A stretch of 64,000 nt of DNA from an uncultured Commensalibacter sp. (GCA_945266285.1 CALYOP010000004.1:29615-93614), one strand, 5' to 3'; shown: positions 41,149 to 56,942, counted from the stretch's first letter. The notes: generated from the sequence alone by a model not told the origin. Translations and numbers: made by a program.

Positions 41149-42248
41149 AAAAATCTTCGATTGTTATTGCGGCCGGTGGTACAGGTGGCCATTTTTTCCC
41201 AGCAAAAGCTTTAGCGATGCAATTAAGATCGCGTGGTTATCCAATTATCTTTGTCACAGACAAACGAATTAATGATACGGATCTGGCTCAATGGGATGAT
41301 GTTCAACAATTTGTTGTAGAAGGTGGTGGTATTGCCGGAAAAAATATTCTTAAGAGAATGCAAAATATTCTTAAGATATTTCAAGGTGTTGGACAGTCGT
41401 ATACTTTTTTGAAAAAGGAAACCGTCTCAGTTATGGTCGGTTTTGGAGGTTATCCCTCTTTTGCGCCTTTATTAGCTAGCCGAGCTTTTTCTAAAAAAAG
41501 ACGTCCAGCATTGATTTTACATGAAGGTAATGCATGTCTAGGGCTTGCGAACCAGATTTTGAGCAAATTTGCCAGTGCGATTGCCACTTCTTTTCCGCAT
41601 GTTGCAGGATTAGATAACGATAATCGTGTTGTCGTAACGGGATTACCTGTTCGTCCTGATATTACAGCCTTATATTCTTCTAGTTACTCACCCCCAAAAG
41701 ATTTTTTCAATATACTCGTATGGGGTGGATCATTAGGTGCCAAAGTTTTTGGAGAGCTTATCCCACAAGCTTTAGCCGATCTGCCTATTGAATTACGGCA
41801 AAAAATTCGCCTCACGCAACAGGTTCGTAAAGAAGATATTGACCGTGTAAGCGAATATTATAAGGAAATTGGTATCGTTGCAGAGCTTGCACCATTTTTT
41901 AAAAATGTAGCAACACTTTTGAATCAAGCACATCTGGTCATTGGTCGATCTGGTGGATCATCTATTGCTGAATTATCCTTAGCAAAAAAACCAGCCATAC
42001 TTATTCCTTATCCATATGCGGCGAATAATGAACAAAGCCTCAATGCCAAAGCATTCGCAGAAAACGGAGCTGGTTGGGTTTTTGAACAATCAGAACTGAC
42101 ACCAGCGATATTAACTGCACAATTAACCGATCTTTTTACTCACCCTGAAAAGCTTGTGCAGGCAGCAGCCGCACATCATCTTGCTTTTCCAAATGCCGCC
42201 AGTGATCTGGCGGATCTTGTTGAAAAATATGTCCCTAGTTCTTCTTGA
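41145..42248 (+). CDS. murG: UDP-N-acetylglucosamine--N-acetylmuramyl-(pentapeptide) pyrophosphoryl-undecaprenol GlcNAc transferase
   Basis: N-terminus [13 protein letters not shown] and a GT28 C-terminal domain. It overlaps ftsW by 4 nt. Confidence 0.95.
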   Translation: MKKSSIVIAAGGTGGHFFPAKALAMQLRSRGYPIIFVTDKRINDTDLAQWDDVQQFVVEGGGIAGKNILKRMQNILKIFQGVGQSYTFLKKETVSVMVGFGGYPSFAPLLASRAFSKKRRPALILHEGNACLGLANQILSKFASAIATSFPHVAGLDNDNRVVVTGLPVRPDITALYSSSYSPPKDFFNILVWGGSLGAKVFGELIPQALADLPIELRQKIRLTQQVRKEDIDRVSEYYKEIGIVAELAPFFKNVATLLNQAHLVIGRSGGSSIAELSLAKKPAILIPYPYAANNEQSLNAKAFAENGAGWVFEQSELTPAILTAQLTDLFTHPEKLVQAAAAHHLAFPNAASDLADLVEKYVPSSS

Positions 42249-42273
42249 TTCAACCAGTCCGAAAGTCCAAACC

Positions 42274-43698
42274 ATGCGATCTCTTCCTTTATCCATTGGT
42301 ACTATCCATTTTGTTGGTATCGGTGGCATCGGTATGTCCGGTATTGCCGAAACACTACATTCCTTAGGATATAGCGTTCAAGGATCAGATATTGCAGAAA
42401 ATTCCAATGTCATGCGGTTACGCAAATTGGGCATTTCTGTACAAATTGGTCATAAGGCTGAAAATATTGGTCAAGCACAGGTAGTTGTGATCTCTTCAGC
42501 CGTTAAACGTGATAATCCTGAAGTCACCGCAGCCCGTTCCCATCAAATCCCTGTTGTTCGACGTGCAGAAATGTTGGCAGAGTTGATGCGACTGCGTTGG
42601 TCGATTGCTGTTGGTGGTACACACGGAAAAACGACGACGACCAGCCTTATTGCAACGCTTCTTGAAACAGCTCGCTTAGATCCTACCGTAATTAATGGGG
42701 GTATTATCGAAGCTTATGGCACCAATACCCGTATGGGGGCAGGTGATTGGATGGTTGTTGAAGCTGATGAAAGTGATGGTTCTTTCCTGCGTTTACCTGC
42801 TGTTATCGCCGTAGTAACCAATATGGATCCAGAACATATGGATCATTGGGGTAATTACGAAGCGCTTGAAGATGCTTATTTGCAATTCGTTTCTAATATT
42901 CCATTCTACGGATTTGCCGTTTTATGCATTGATCATCCAGGCGTGCAGAAAATGCTGCCGAAATTATCCGATCGCCGTATCATTACTTATGGATTTTCTC
43001 AACAAGCTGATGTACGTGCAGACAAAGTCATTATTGACCGGTTGGGTGCCACCTTTGAAGTCGTTCTAACTGATCGGTATCGCCGTTTAAACCGTCGGCT
43101 TGGCCCTTTCCGTCTGCCGATGCTTGGCAATCATAATATACAAAATTCTCTGGCCGCAATTGCTGTAGCATTAGAAATGGATATTAGTGAAACGACTATT
43201 CGTGAAGCTTTTGCCGGTTTTAAAGGAGTACAACGCCGTTTTACCCGTGTAGGCGAAGTAGGAAAAGTCACAATCATTGACGATTATGGTCATCACCCCG
43301 TAGAAATCGCAGCTGTTTTAAAGGCTGCTCGCCAAGCTGGTGCAAAAAATGTCATCGCCGTAGTACAACCACATCGTTTCTCGCGCCTACGCGATTTATT
43401 TCATGAATTCTGTTCCTGTATGAATGATGCGGGAACCGTTATTGTAGCGGATGTTTATCCAGCAGGTGAAGATCCTATTCCTGGAATTGATAAGGATCAT
43501 CTTATTAATGGACTGCGTGAACATGGTCATCATTCAGTCGTTTCTTTGTCAGATCCTGAACAATTACCAGAAATGATTAATGCAATGGCTCAACCTGGAG
43601 ATTTTATTGTTTGTCTTGGGGCTGGTTCTATTACTCAATGGGCGCATGCTTTGCCACAAAAGCTGGCACAATTACAGAATAATCGCAAAAAAGGTTAA
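42274..43698 (+). CDS. murC: UDP-N-acetylmuramate--L-alanine ligase
   Basis: Starts [26 protein letters not shown]... and has the P-loop GTHGKTTTT. The ORF-track start at 42154 would overlap murG by 95 nt, so I preferred the internal ATG at 42274. Confidence 0.94.
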   Translation: MRSLPLSIGTIHFVGIGGIGMSGIAETLHSLGYSVQGSDIAENSNVMRLRKLGISVQIGHKAENIGQAQVVVISSAVKRDNPEVTAARSHQIPVVRRAEMLAELMRLRWSIAVGGTHGKTTTTSLIATLLETARLDPTVINGGIIEAYGTNTRMGAGDWMVVEADESDGSFLRLPAVIAVVTNMDPEHMDHWGNYEALEDAYLQFVSNIPFYGFAVLCIDHPGVQKMLPKLSDRRIITYGFSQQADVRADKVIIDRLGATFEVVLTDRYRRLNRRLGPFRLPMLGNHNIQNSLAAIAVALEMDISETTIREAFAGFKGVQRRFTRVGEVGKVTIIDDYGHHPVEIAAVLKAARQAGAKNVIAVVQPHRFSRLRDLFHEFCSCMNDAGTVIVADVYPAGEDPIPGIDKDHLINGLREHGHHSVVSLSDPEQLPEMINAMAQPGDFIVCLGAGSITQWAHALPQKLAQLQNNRKKG

Positions 43699-43700
43699 AG

Positions 43701-44648
43701 ATGGATAATAGTCCTTTTTCCTCTGATGCAATCCGAACATATTTACCTGATTTAAGAGGAAAGTTAAATTTTAAGGTTCCTTTAAATGCACGTAGCTGGT
43801 TTCGTGTAGGGGGGCCAGCTGAAGTTTTAATAAACCCAGCTGATACTGAGGATCTTGCTTATATTATACAAAATATTCCTCTGAATTGGCCTGTTTTTAC
43901 CTTAGGCGCAACTTCTAATCTTCTGATTCGTGATGGTGGAATAGAAGGCATTTCCTTACAGCTTCGTCGTGGATTTAATGATATTATTCCTGATGATGCT
44001 GAAGGATTAATCGTAGGTGCTGGATGCCTTGATACGGTTGTCGCTGAAAATGCTGTCCAACTTCATCTGGAAGGTATGGAATTTTTAATCGGGATTCCTG
44101 GTTCTATTGGTGGTGCAATTTTAATGAATGCTGGTGCTCATGGTTCCGAAATTGCTTCTATTCTTGATTGGGTAGAAATCATGACACGCGAAGGAGAAAT
44201 TATCCAATTACCAGCCGCTTCGTTAGGATTAAGTTACCGACATTCATCTTTACCTCAAGATGCCATTATTTTACGCGCACGTTTACAAGGTAAAAAATCT
44301 AATCCCGACACGATCCGTAATTATATGGATGCCATTCGAAAGCAACGCGAACAAACCCAACCTATTCGCTCACGAACAGGCGGTTCGACTTTTCGTAATC
44401 CCGACCCTTCCATTTCCCAACATAAAGCATGGGAGTTGATTGATATGGTTGGCGGTCGCGGATTAAGTATCGGAGGGGCACAAGTAAGCCAGAAACATTG
44501 TAACTTTTTAATTAATACCGGTAATGCTACAGCGAGTGATATAGAAAATCTGGGTGAAGAATTACGCAAGCGTGTATTCGAAAGTTTTGGTATAAAGTTA
44601 ATTTGGGAAATAAAACGTGTTGGTCGCAATCTTGTTGAAAAAGGCTAA
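43701..44648 (+). CDS. murB: UDP-N-acetylenolpyruvoylglucosamine reductase
   Basis: It has an FAD-binding PCMH domain (FRVGGPAE, GATSNLLIRDGG) and a MurB C-terminus (GSTFRNP). Confidence 0.95.
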   Translation: MDNSPFSSDAIRTYLPDLRGKLNFKVPLNARSWFRVGGPAEVLINPADTEDLAYIIQNIPLNWPVFTLGATSNLLIRDGGIEGISLQLRRGFNDIIPDDAEGLIVGAGCLDTVVAENAVQLHLEGMEFLIGIPGSIGGAILMNAGAHGSEIASILDWVEIMTREGEIIQLPAASLGLSYRHSSLPQDAIILRARLQGKKSNPDTIRNYMDAIRKQREQTQPIRSRTGGSTFRNPDPSISQHKAWELIDMVGGRGLSIGGAQVSQKHCNFLINTGNATASDIENLGEELRKRVFESFGIKLIWEIKRVGRNLVEKG

Positions 44649-44654
44649 TTCAAA

Positions 44655-45611
44655 ATGAAACCTTGTCATGTAACCGTTATTCGCGGAGGAATTTCTTCAG
44701 AACGTGAGGTTAGTCTCGCAAGTGGACAAGGCGTTATTGAAGCGTTACAGCAAGTTGGTTACCGAGTTACGGATCTAGTAGCAAACGATGATTTATCAGA
44801 AATCGTCCAATCTTTGACCAATGATCGACCCGATGTCATTTTTAATGCTTTGCATGGACGCTTTGGAGAGGATGGTACTATTCAAGGTGTATTTGAATGG
44901 ATGAATATCCCTTATACCCATTCAGGTATCTGTGCTTCGGCAATTGCTATGGACAAAGCATTAAGCCGAACGCTCTTAGCAGAAGCAGGATTGCCCGTTG
45001 CAAAAGGTCTTGTTATTCAAATTACGGATATTCTTAATGCCGATCCCCTTCCCCCACCTTATGTTGTCAAACCATTGAAAGAAGGGTCATCTGTTGGGGT
45101 CTTTATTATCTGGGATCAAAAGGATAGCGATGCTCAACGTGAAAATATTCACAAAAATTGGAAATTTGGCGAACAAGCTCTGGTTGAAGAATATATTCCA
45201 GGTAAAGAATTAACTGTCTGTGTCGTGAATAAAAAAGCATTAACCATTACTGATATCTGTCCAACTTCTACGGATGCGCATAGTTTTTATGATTATGACG
45301 CCAAATATAAAGTCGGTCAGTCAGTACATCGTCTGCCTGCAAAAATTCATCCGAAAGCTTTTGAACAAGCCTTGGATTACGCGCGGCAAGCACATGATGT
45401 TCTCGGGTGCAATGCTGCTTCTCGAACTGATTTCCGTTATGATAATACCCTCCATCATGACGAGGAACCGGGAAAGTTATTTATTTTAGAAGTAAATACA
45501 CAACCCGGTATGACACCGACTTCACTTTTACCAGAACAAGCAGCTTACTGTGGTATGTCCTATCCAGAACTTTGTGCCTGGTTAGTGGAACAAGCAAGAT
45601 GCCGAACCTAA
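44655..45611 (+). CDS. ddl: D-alanine--D-alanine ligase
   Basis: ATP-grasp protein with the motifs FNALHGRFGEDGTIQG, KPLKEGSSVG and ILEVNTQPGMT. Confidence 0.95.
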   Translation: MKPCHVTVIRGGISSEREVSLASGQGVIEALQQVGYRVTDLVANDDLSEIVQSLTNDRPDVIFNALHGRFGEDGTIQGVFEWMNIPYTHSGICASAIAMDKALSRTLLAEAGLPVAKGLVIQITDILNADPLPPPYVVKPLKEGSSVGVFIIWDQKDSDAQRENIHKNWKFGEQALVEEYIPGKELTVCVVNKKALTITDICPTSTDAHSFYDYDAKYKVGQSVHRLPAKIHPKAFEQALDYARQAHDVLGCNAASRTDFRYDNTLHHDEEPGKLFILEVNTQPGMTPTSLLPEQAAYCGMSYPELCAWLVEQARCRT

Positions 45612-46495
45612 GACGCCCATCCGAATTCCAAGACGACCGCCCATCAAGAGGAAAAATCGCATATCGGCGCTTTATCCGTTTATTGCGCCCTATCATCTTG
45701 TTATTGGTTGTTTTTGGTTTATTTGGAGGCGGAAGTATTATTCTTATTCGTTTAGCATTAAAGCAACAATACTTTCCTATTCGGGAAAAAATTATTCAAT
45801 TAATGCCTTTGAAAATTGAGAAGATTGAAATAACGGGTTGTACACTCACGTCAAAAGAAGAAGTAATGGAAGCGCTTGGTGTACAAAAAGGTGATTCTAT
45901 TCTACAATTTTCTGTAAATGATGCTAAAAAAAATCTGAATGCTTTACCTTTTGTTGATCATGTTCTTATTGAACGACAACTTCCTGGAAGTATCATTATC
46001 CATATTTCGGAACGTACACCTTTTGCTGTTTGGCAAAACCAAGGGAAATTTGTTCTAATTGACCGGCAAGGCAATATTGTGAACGATCATGGTATGAGTG
46101 GTAAAGATGGTAATGCATTTCTAAAATTACCTTTGGTCGTTGGAAAAGGAGCAAATCTGGCGGCAGCTGAACTTTTGGATATTATAACTACGCAACCTGA
46201 AATTAAAAAACGACTTGTCGCCGCTGTACGAGTTGGCGAGCGCCGGTGGAATCTTGATCTACGCGATGGAACAACCGTTTTTCTTCCAGAAAATCAAGAA
46301 GAACCTGCTGTTCAACGTCTAATTCGCTATCAAAAAGATTTTCAACTTCTTGATAGACCTGTTAAAAATATCGATTTACGATTGCCAGACCGAATGGTTA
46401 TCCGTCAAAATAAAACCGTAGCGCCGAACAACAACAATCCAGATACTGAAACGGGTTCACAACCAAACGCCGATAGTGATACCACATCTGAATGA
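45599..46495 (+). CDS. ftsQ: Cell-division protein FtsQ
   Basis: It has a TM anchor, a POTRA domain (IEKIEITGCTLTSKEEV) and an FtsQ-type domain. The ATG at 45599 overlaps the ddl end. The ORF-track start is 45572. Confidence 0.9.
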   Translation: MPNLRRPSEFQDDRPSRGKIAYRRFIRLLRPIILLLVVFGLFGGGSIILIRLALKQQYFPIREKIIQLMPLKIEKIEITGCTLTSKEEVMEALGVQKGDSILQFSVNDAKKNLNALPFVDHVLIERQLPGSIIIHISERTPFAVWQNQGKFVLIDRQGNIVNDHGMSGKDGNAFLKLPLVVGKGANLAAAELLDIITTQPEIKKRLVAAVRVGERRWNLDLRDGTTVFLPENQEEPAVQRLIRYQKDFQLLDRPVKNIDLRLPDRMVIRQNKTVAPNNNNPDTETGSQPNADSDTTSE

Positions 46496-46513
46496 TTAAA
46501 GCATGAAGCAAAA

Positions 46514-47902
46514 TTGATGAGTGGAATTATACCGATAATCAACACCAATAAAAAATCTGGTCAGGAAAAACTGCTTACGCATAATTCTGTTACTATTCGT
46601 CGTCAGTCGACGCAACTTGAACGCAGTCGATCTTTTCCCCCTGATGATCAACCTGTAAGCCAGAAATGGCAGCCTGGGATTTTTGGCGTATTGGATATTG
46701 GTAGTACCAAAATTACCTGTTTGATTGGCCGTGGTGAAGCTAATGGTAAATTAAAAGTATTAGGCCATGGTTGGCGCCGTTCACATGGCGTAAAACAAGG
46801 CGGTATCGTTAATCTTAAAGAAGCGGAACGTGCGATACGTGCTGCTGTCGGTCAAGCTGAAGATGCTGCTGAACGGCGTTTGGAAAAAGTTTACGTCAAC
46901 CTATCTTGTGGAAAACCAGAAAGTCATCTTTACAACGTACATTGGCCTATTGGTGGACGTAATGTTACCAATAATGATATTTATCGACTTATTAATGAGG
47001 GCCTATTACGGGCTCAAATTGAAGGTCGTGAAATAATTCATGCCTTACCTCTGAACTTTTCAGTCGATGAAACTTCCCAAGTAGAAGACCCACGCGGTTA
47101 TTTTTGCGATCAGCTTGCCACACAATTACATATTATCGATACCTCATCAACTGCATTACGTAATCTTGCGATGGTGCTGACTCGTGCAGAACTTCAGATA
47201 AAAGCATTGGTATCAGCTCCATTAGCAGCAGGTTTGTCTGTTATGGCACAAGATGAACGGGATTTGGGTGCTACGATCGTGGATATGGGGGGTGGCACCA
47301 CATCCATTGGCATTTTTGAAGATAACCAGCTGCTTTATACCGCTCAGATTCCTATTGGTGGTTTACATGTCACCCGGGATATTGCAGGGGTATTATCGAC
47401 TTCTATTGATACTGCAGAGTGGTTAAAAACGATGTATGGCAGTGCTGAATATTCCTATGATGATGAATATCATCAATTACCGATTCAGGTCATTGGCGAT
47501 GATGAATATGAAGTTGTAACAAAAATACCACGTTCACGAATTATTTCTATAATTCGACCCCGAATTGAAGAAACATTAGAGCTGATTCGTGATCGACTTG
47601 ACAATGCTGGCGTTGGCCATGCTGCGAATGGAAGGGTCATTTTGACTGGAGGGGCATCATTACTTGAAGGTATTGGTCCTTTAGCTGCACGCATTTTAAA
47701 TCGTCAAATACGAATGGGAAAACCAAATAATATCATAGGGTTCCCAGAAGATGCATCGACATCTGCAGCATTTGCAACTTCTACAGGTTTGCTTTATTGG
47801 GCCGCTGGAGCTGGTAGAACTCTGGCCGATTTGGACTTTTCAGAAAAACGGCCAGAAAGTTTTGTGAAAAAAATAATTGAATTTATTCGCTTGCGCGTGT
47901 GA
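46514..47902 (+). CDS. ftsA: Cell-division protein FtsA
   Basis: Actin-like ATPase with the motifs LDIGSTKITC, VDMGGGTTSI and LTGGASLLEGI. Confidence 0.95.
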   Translation: MMSGIIPIINTNKKSGQEKLLTHNSVTIRRQSTQLERSRSFPPDDQPVSQKWQPGIFGVLDIGSTKITCLIGRGEANGKLKVLGHGWRRSHGVKQGGIVNLKEAERAIRAAVGQAEDAAERRLEKVYVNLSCGKPESHLYNVHWPIGGRNVTNNDIYRLINEGLLRAQIEGREIIHALPLNFSVDETSQVEDPRGYFCDQLATQLHIIDTSSTALRNLAMVLTRAELQIKALVSAPLAAGLSVMAQDERDLGATIVDMGGGTTSIGIFEDNQLLYTAQIPIGGLHVTRDIAGVLSTSIDTAEWLKTMYGSAEYSYDDEYHQLPIQVIGDDEYEVVTKIPRSRIISIIRPRIEETLELIRDRLDNAGVGHAANGRVILTGGASLLEGIGPLAARILNRQIRMGKPNNIIGFPEDASTSAAFATSTGLLYWAAGAGRTLADLDFSEKRPESFVKKIIEFIRLRV

Positions 47903-47984
47903 AATAGAGCGCAAAAATTACTTTAATTTTATCTTATCCCGTGTAAAGTTAAAGTAAGAAAATTCTCACCGGTCGAGGAATACC

Positions 47985-49481
47985 ATGACACTTAATTTAA
48001 CCATTCCACAACCAACTTATGCTGATTTTACCCCACGCATTACAGTAATCGGAGTTGGTGGCGGTGGAACGAACGCTGTTGACAATATGATCGAATCACA
48101 ACTTAAAGGTGTTGAATTCGTTGTTGCCAATACGGATGCACAACAATTGATGCATAGCCGTTCGGATCGTCGTGTTCAGCTTGGTCCTCACTTAACACAA
48201 GGTCTTGGTGCTGGTGCCAAACCCGATATTGGCCGCGCTGCTGCAGAAGAAGCCGCCGATGAAATTGGTCGGTATTTAGAAAATGTTCACATGGTATTTA
48301 TTACTGCAGGTATGGGAGGTGGAACAGGTACCGGTGCTGCTCCTGTTATTGCCCGCATGGCTCGTGAAAGGGGAATTTTGACCGTTGGTGTCGTCACCAA
48401 ACCTTTCACATTTGAAGGAATCCGTCGGTCAAGAATTGCTGAGATCGGCATATCAGAACTTCAACAATATGTTGATACCTTAATCGTTATTCCAAATCAG
48501 AATCTATTCCGGACGGCTACTGAAAATACGACATGGAAAGATGCCTTTAAAATGGCAGATGAAGTACTCTATATGGGAGTACGTGGCGTTACCGATCTGA
48601 TGATGTCACCAGGATTGGTAAATCTGGATTTTGCAGATATTCGAACAGTCATGGCCGAAATGGGTAAGGCAATGATGGGCACAGGCGAAGTTGACGGCGA
48701 GAACAGAGCAATCCGCGCTGCAGAAGCTGCCATTTCAAATCCGTTGCTCGAAGATACATCAATGTCTGGCGCACGTGGTTTATTAATCAATATCACAGGT
48801 GGGGATGATCTGACTTTGTTTGAAGTTGATCAAGCTGCAAACCGTGTTCGTGAAGAAGTTGCTGAAGATGCCAATATTATCTTTGGTTCAGCCATAGATG
48901 AAAGCCTTACTGGAAAAATCCGTGTATCTGTTGTAGCGACCGGTCTTGATAGTGCCGTTACTTATGAAAAGAACGACAATTCCAATCAGGATTCAGATTC
49001 TGAAAATAATCAACCTCAAGAAACAAAAACCCAAACACCAACAGAAACCGATCAGAAAATTTCTGCTTCTAGTTACAATGTACGTAATTCGGTTGAAAAA
49101 ACCACAACTGTCTCCGAAGAAATGCAGACTACACAACATATGACTGCAAATACGGATACGCATGTAAACAGTGAATTCGCTGAGGAGCCTAGAGCTCCTT
49201 CGCCTGATAGTATCCCTCAACGGGTTTCGAAAACATCCCCTCGTTCTGGTTTATTTTCTGATTCTCAACGTCACGAAGATACCCCACCACCTTCACCGCG
49301 AAGCCTATTTGGCATTGTGACGGGTGCACTAAGAGGTAAATCGCATTCACCATCAGAATCGCCCAAGAATGAGCCTTCCCTTTCTAATCAAGAAATGTCA
49401 GAGCAGCATAATGGCTCTGATGCGATAAAAGAAGATTCAGGGTTGGAAATTCCTGCTTTTCTGAGACGTAAATCATCTTAA
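47985..49481 (+). CDS. ftsZ: Cell-division GTPase FtsZ
   Basis: It has the motifs [10 protein letters not shown] and the tubulin signature [11 protein letters not shown] long disordered linker is followed by the conserved C-terminal peptide [10 protein letters not shown]. Confidence 0.97.
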   Translation: MTLNLTIPQPTYADFTPRITVIGVGGGGTNAVDNMIESQLKGVEFVVANTDAQQLMHSRSDRRVQLGPHLTQGLGAGAKPDIGRAAAEEAADEIGRYLENVHMVFITAGMGGGTGTGAAPVIARMARERGILTVGVVTKPFTFEGIRRSRIAEIGISELQQYVDTLIVIPNQNLFRTATENTTWKDAFKMADEVLYMGVRGVTDLMMSPGLVNLDFADIRTVMAEMGKAMMGTGEVDGENRAIRAAEAAISNPLLEDTSMSGARGLLINITGGDDLTLFEVDQAANRVREEVAEDANIIFGSAIDESLTGKIRVSVVATGLDSAVTYEKNDNSNQDSDSENNQPQETKTQTPTETDQKISASSYNVRNSVEKTTTVSEEMQTTQHMTANTDTHVNSEFAEEPRAPSPDSIPQRVSKTSPRSGLFSDSQRHEDTPPPSPRSLFGIVTGALRGKSHSPSESPKNEPSLSNQEMSEQHNGSDAIKEDSGLEIPAFLRRKSS

Positions 49482-49491
49482 ACTTTGTTCA

Positions 49492-49537
49492 AACAATCTT
49501 TAATCTCAGCTTAGAAGATTAAAGATTGTTTTTATTC
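49492..49537 (+). terminator. Rho-independent terminator closing the dcw cluster after ftsZ
   Basis: A perfect 15-bp stem pairs aacaatctttaatct (49492-49506) with agattaaagattgtt (49516-49530). The loop is 9 nt, and tttttatt follows. Confidence 0.8.
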
Positions 49538-49664
49538 TTCTGTTTCATTCAAACTGTAACAGTCGGCAATAATGTTTGAATGGCATTTCTAGCGTTTAGC
49601 CTCTAAATTTAAGATCTCTTCCTAATTAAAGCATTTACTACAAATATTGCAGATTTTTTGAGCC

Positions 49665-50708
49665 ATGTGCTCACAGAGACTAAAAGAGAAGATCATGGAC
49701 GGTATGCTAATTCACCCGGTTTCTGAAATGCCAGAGATATATGATGATAAAGAAATGTTACCTTTATCCTTATCTCAACAATATAACCCGCAGTTCGAAT
49801 ATACGATTCATACCCCTATCGTCTGCTCTGGAAATGGTCTCCATACCGGTCAATTTATTAATCTAAAATTGTTACCAGCCCCAGCAGGAACGGGTATTGT
49901 TTTTTATCGTAGCGATTTGGGTAACCATCCCATTCCTGCCCGTTATGATCATGTTTTTGATACTCGTTTAAGTACCGTCATTGCTGATCCGAAAAACTCA
50001 GAAATCAGAATATCAACCGTTGAACATTTAATGGCAGCCTTAACAGGCATGCAAATTGATAATGTCATTATTGAATGTGATGGGCCCGAACTTCCTGTAC
50101 TGGATGGTTCAGCGGCTGATTATGTTTTCCTTTTACAATGTGCAGGTCAGCGCAAATTACAATCCCGCGCTCCGATTCTAAAAGTCATGCAGCCAATTCG
50201 TATTGAAGAAGGCGACTGTTTTGCAGAATTACGTCCAAGTACTAAGCCTGGATTATTTCTGTCTGTATCCATTGATTTTCCTGCTGCAATTATTGGCAAA
50301 CAAAGCTTTGATATGACCTTGACGCCTGAAAATTTTAAACGAGAAATTTCATATTGCCGAACCTTTACATTCAAACATGAAATTGAACATTTACATAAAA
50401 TGGGTTTAGCTCGCGGTGGAAGTCTGGATAATGCAATCGTTGTAGAAGACGACAAAGTTCTTAATCCAGAAGGATTGTATTGCACAGATGAGTTTGTTCG
50501 CCATAAAATGTTAGATGTGATCGGCGATTTATCTTTGCTGGGTTCAAGAATCCAAGGGACATTTGTAAGTAATAAATCAGGCCACAAGATTAATAATCTT
50601 TTACTTCGTAAGCTTATGTCTCAAAGTAAAGCATGGTGTTATCTATCAGATGCGCCCTATTTATTTTCTAAAAAATCAACAAGGCATTCTGTCTATTCTA
50701 CTCTATAG
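49665..50708 (+). CDS. lpxC: UDP-3-O-acyl-N-acetylglucosamine deacetylase
   Basis: Motifs GNGLHTG, STVEHLMAAL, HKMLDVIGDL and NKSGHKINN. The start is uncertain: in-frame ATGs at 49695 and 49755 would give a more typical length of about 317 aa. Confidence 0.93.
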   Translation: MCSQRLKEKIMDGMLIHPVSEMPEIYDDKEMLPLSLSQQYNPQFEYTIHTPIVCSGNGLHTGQFINLKLLPAPAGTGIVFYRSDLGNHPIPARYDHVFDTRLSTVIADPKNSEIRISTVEHLMAALTGMQIDNVIIECDGPELPVLDGSAADYVFLLQCAGQRKLQSRAPILKVMQPIRIEEGDCFAELRPSTKPGLFLSVSIDFPAAIIGKQSFDMTLTPENFKREISYCRTFTFKHEIEHLHKMGLARGGSLDNAIVVEDDKVLNPEGLYCTDEFVRHKMLDVIGDLSLLGSRIQGTFVSNKSGHKINNLLLRKLMSQSKAWCYLSDAPYLFSKKSTRHSVYSTL

Positions 50709-50841
50709 AAAATAAGAGGCCTAAAAACCTCACTTTTGATTTAATTGCATAATTTTCTAATGAAAAGACTTCACCTTATAAATGGACATGCTATAAAAGC
50801 ATTCCGTAGTCGATTTCATTGAGCAGAAAGTTGTTCTGATA

Positions 50842-51747
50842 GTGGTTAACGTGCATCAAAAATCTCATTTTTACGCCGTCCGACATATAGCACGCTGTTT
50901 TATTCCAGCTGTTTTGTCTATTAGCATGACCGCTTGTGGAGGTGGGCATCATGACAGTAAAAGCAGTAAAAACAAGCTAAACGATAATGACCCAAATAGC
51001 TTTCAACAATCTTCACCCGAACTGCTTTATAATAATGGTATTGATGCACTCCATACCAAACAATATAAAATAGCTACGAAACAATTCGAAGCATTACAGG
51101 AAAACTTTCCCTACTCGACATATGTACCGAATGCGCAGTTAATGGAAGGATATTCTTATTACTTACAGAATAAATATCCTGAAGCTGTGAAACAACTTGA
51201 AAATTTCCTGCAATTACACCCCAATAGTCCAGACGCACCCTATGCATATTATTTACGTGCACTTTGTTTTTATGAACGAATCTCGGATGTTCAAAGGGAT
51301 CAACAAAGCACCGCTGATGCAATGAGTGCATTAAGTGACGTTGTAACTCGTTTCCCTGGGACTCCTTATGCACGGGATTCTCAGCTTAAAATTGATCTAT
51401 GTCGTGATCATTTGGCTGGTAGGGAAATGATGGTTGGACGTTTTTACGAACAACAAAGAAATTACGAAGCTGCGATTACGCGTTTTCAGCGTGTTGTTTA
51501 TGATTATCAAACAACAAACCACGTTGCCGAAGCATTACATCGTTTAGTCGAAGTTTACATGAAACTAGGTCTTACGGATCAAGCAAAAAGAACTGCATCT
51601 GTACTTGGTTATAACTATCCAAACAGCAAATGGTATCGATATAGTTACGAAGATTTACGTAAATACAAACTTGTTTCTGACAAAATGCAGGAACCTTCTC
51701 AAAAAAGGCCTGGTTTCTTTAGTCGGATGTGGCATTCTGTTTTTTAG
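50842..51747 (+). CDS. bamD: Outer-membrane protein assembly factor BamD
   Basis: It has a lipobox, LSISMTA-CGG, and TPR-like repeats (YxxA spacing; PNSPDAPYAYYLRALCFYE). It occupies the conserved lpxC-bamD-recN position. Confidence 0.88.
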   Translation: MVNVHQKSHFYAVRHIARCFIPAVLSISMTACGGGHHDSKSSKNKLNDNDPNSFQQSSPELLYNNGIDALHTKQYKIATKQFEALQENFPYSTYVPNAQLMEGYSYYLQNKYPEAVKQLENFLQLHPNSPDAPYAYYLRALCFYERISDVQRDQQSTADAMSALSDVVTRFPGTPYARDSQLKIDLCRDHLAGREMMVGRFYEQQRNYEAAITRFQRVVYDYQTTNHVAEALHRLVEVYMKLGLTDQAKRTASVLGYNYPNSKWYRYSYEDLRKYKLVSDKMQEPSQKRPGFFSRMWHSVF

Positions 51748-51782
51748 TTTGATTAACAGACAATATTGTTTAACTTGATTGA

Positions 51783-55599
<3,817 letters not shown>

Positions 55600-55622
55600 C
55601 TATCATTCTAAAAACGTCATTC

Positions 55623-56744
55623 TCAACGAAAAAACCAATGCCGTTTTTTAAACTTTGGTCGGATTTCTTTTTCAATCCGATCAAGGATGGCTTTTCCCTG
55701 CACTTCAAAAGCCTGCCGAGTATAATGCGTTTGTATATAAGTTTTAGCATTATACCCATATTGGGCAGCTTTTTCAGGATGATGAAATAAACCCACAAAA
55801 GTTTCCCCTAATATTTCGGGGGTAACATTAGGAAGAACAACGCCAGCTTGTTGATTTTCTACACAATATTGCAACTCACCGACTTTCGAACAGATAATCG
55901 GCAAACCAACGGACATCGCTTCATGTGTTGCAATACAAAGACCTTCATAATGGGAAGGTTGGGTATACAGATGCAAAGTTTTTAGGAAAGCCATCACATT
56001 CTTACGAAATCCGAGCAATTCGACATTTGGAATATTTAAATTTGTAATTAATTCCTTTAAGTTTTGTTCTTCTATGCCATTACCTGCAATTGATAATTTA
56101 ACCCTTTTACCAATGTCAGGATATTTCCGATTGATATAATCAATCGCACGAATCAGCACATCATAATTTTTAACTGGATGAAGTCTTCCTACGCTTCCAA
56201 TATGAAAAATACCTTGCCCATCCCAGGGCGATGATGTCGGAACATTGTCAGGAATCTGAAACATTGACCAAGTCATGATACGATCTTTTGAAACTTTCAT
56301 ACCCGTTTCAAGGAACTGTTCTACCCCCAGAGAATCAGCAATCCATAACTGACTTAATCGCTGTAACCATTGCACCGCTCTTTTTTTATAAGGTCTAACA
56401 AAAGCACTATGTTTCATGCTGACAACCGGGATATTCGCTAATGTTCCAGCAATTTGCCCATCCATTGCTCCACGTAACAAAGAAGTCCAGATTAAATCAG
56501 GTGGCGATTTTCGAATAATCTTTAGCAAATTATAGGTTGAGGAAAATCGGTTAGAGCCATTTTGTGATAAAATCCGATAAGGGATATTTCTTTTTTCAAG
56601 CAATTCCGCCGTCGTCATATCTTTGGGTAAGCAAGCCAATACTTCTACATCATGCCCTTGTTGGATAAAAAACTCGCATATCACGGGAATAAGAAATTCC
56701 GCACCGCCTCCTTCTAGACTGGTGACAAGATAGTATATTTTCAT
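55623..56744 (-). CDS. Glycosyltransferase family 4 (GT-B, RfaG/WbaZ-like)
   Basis: 373-aa ORF. It has the N-terminus SLEGGGAEF and the C-terminal EX7E region PSHYEGLCIATHEAMSVGLPII. Confidence 0.85.
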   Translation of the reverse strand: MKIYYLVTSLEGGGAEFLIPVICEFFIQQGHDVEVLACLPKDMTTAELLEKRNIPYRILSQNGSNRFSSTYNLLKIIRKSPPDLIWTSLLRGAMDGQIAGTLANIPVVSMKHSAFVRPYKKRAVQWLQRLSQLWIADSLGVEQFLETGMKVSKDRIMTWSMFQIPDNVPTSSPWDGQGIFHIGSVGRLHPVKNYDVLIRAIDYINRKYPDIGKRVKLSIAGNGIEEQNLKELITNLNIPNVELLGFRKNVMAFLKTLHLYTQPSHYEGLCIATHEAMSVGLPIICSKVGELQYCVENQQAGVVLPNVTPEILGETFVGLFHHPEKAAQYGYNAKTYIQTHYTRQAFEVQGKAILDRIEKEIRPKFKKRHWFFR

Positions 56745-56942
56745 GAGGCTACTCCGTGTTTAGCGCGGGTATTTTATAACTTTAAAAAAAAAAAGCTTTT
56801 TTATCCCATTTACTCCAATTCTTATAGTCAAAATGTTAAGAATTTTTGCGAGTATCCCAACACAATCTAGAAAGAATAAAGCAAAAATTCATAATTGCTG
56901 ATTTGTCACACAACTTTTAAAATAACATAATTTTGAACATAT

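Noticed and set aside
47923-47937. CtrA-like TTAA-N7-TTAT upstream of ftsZ
   Set aside because: The second half-site is imperfect, and such patterns are frequent in AT-rich spacers. It cannot be supported without a PWM and conservation data.
50147-50587. 146-aa ORF on the - strand
   Set aside because: It lies entirely antisense within lpxC. It has no motifs and no RBS, so it is a shadow ORF.
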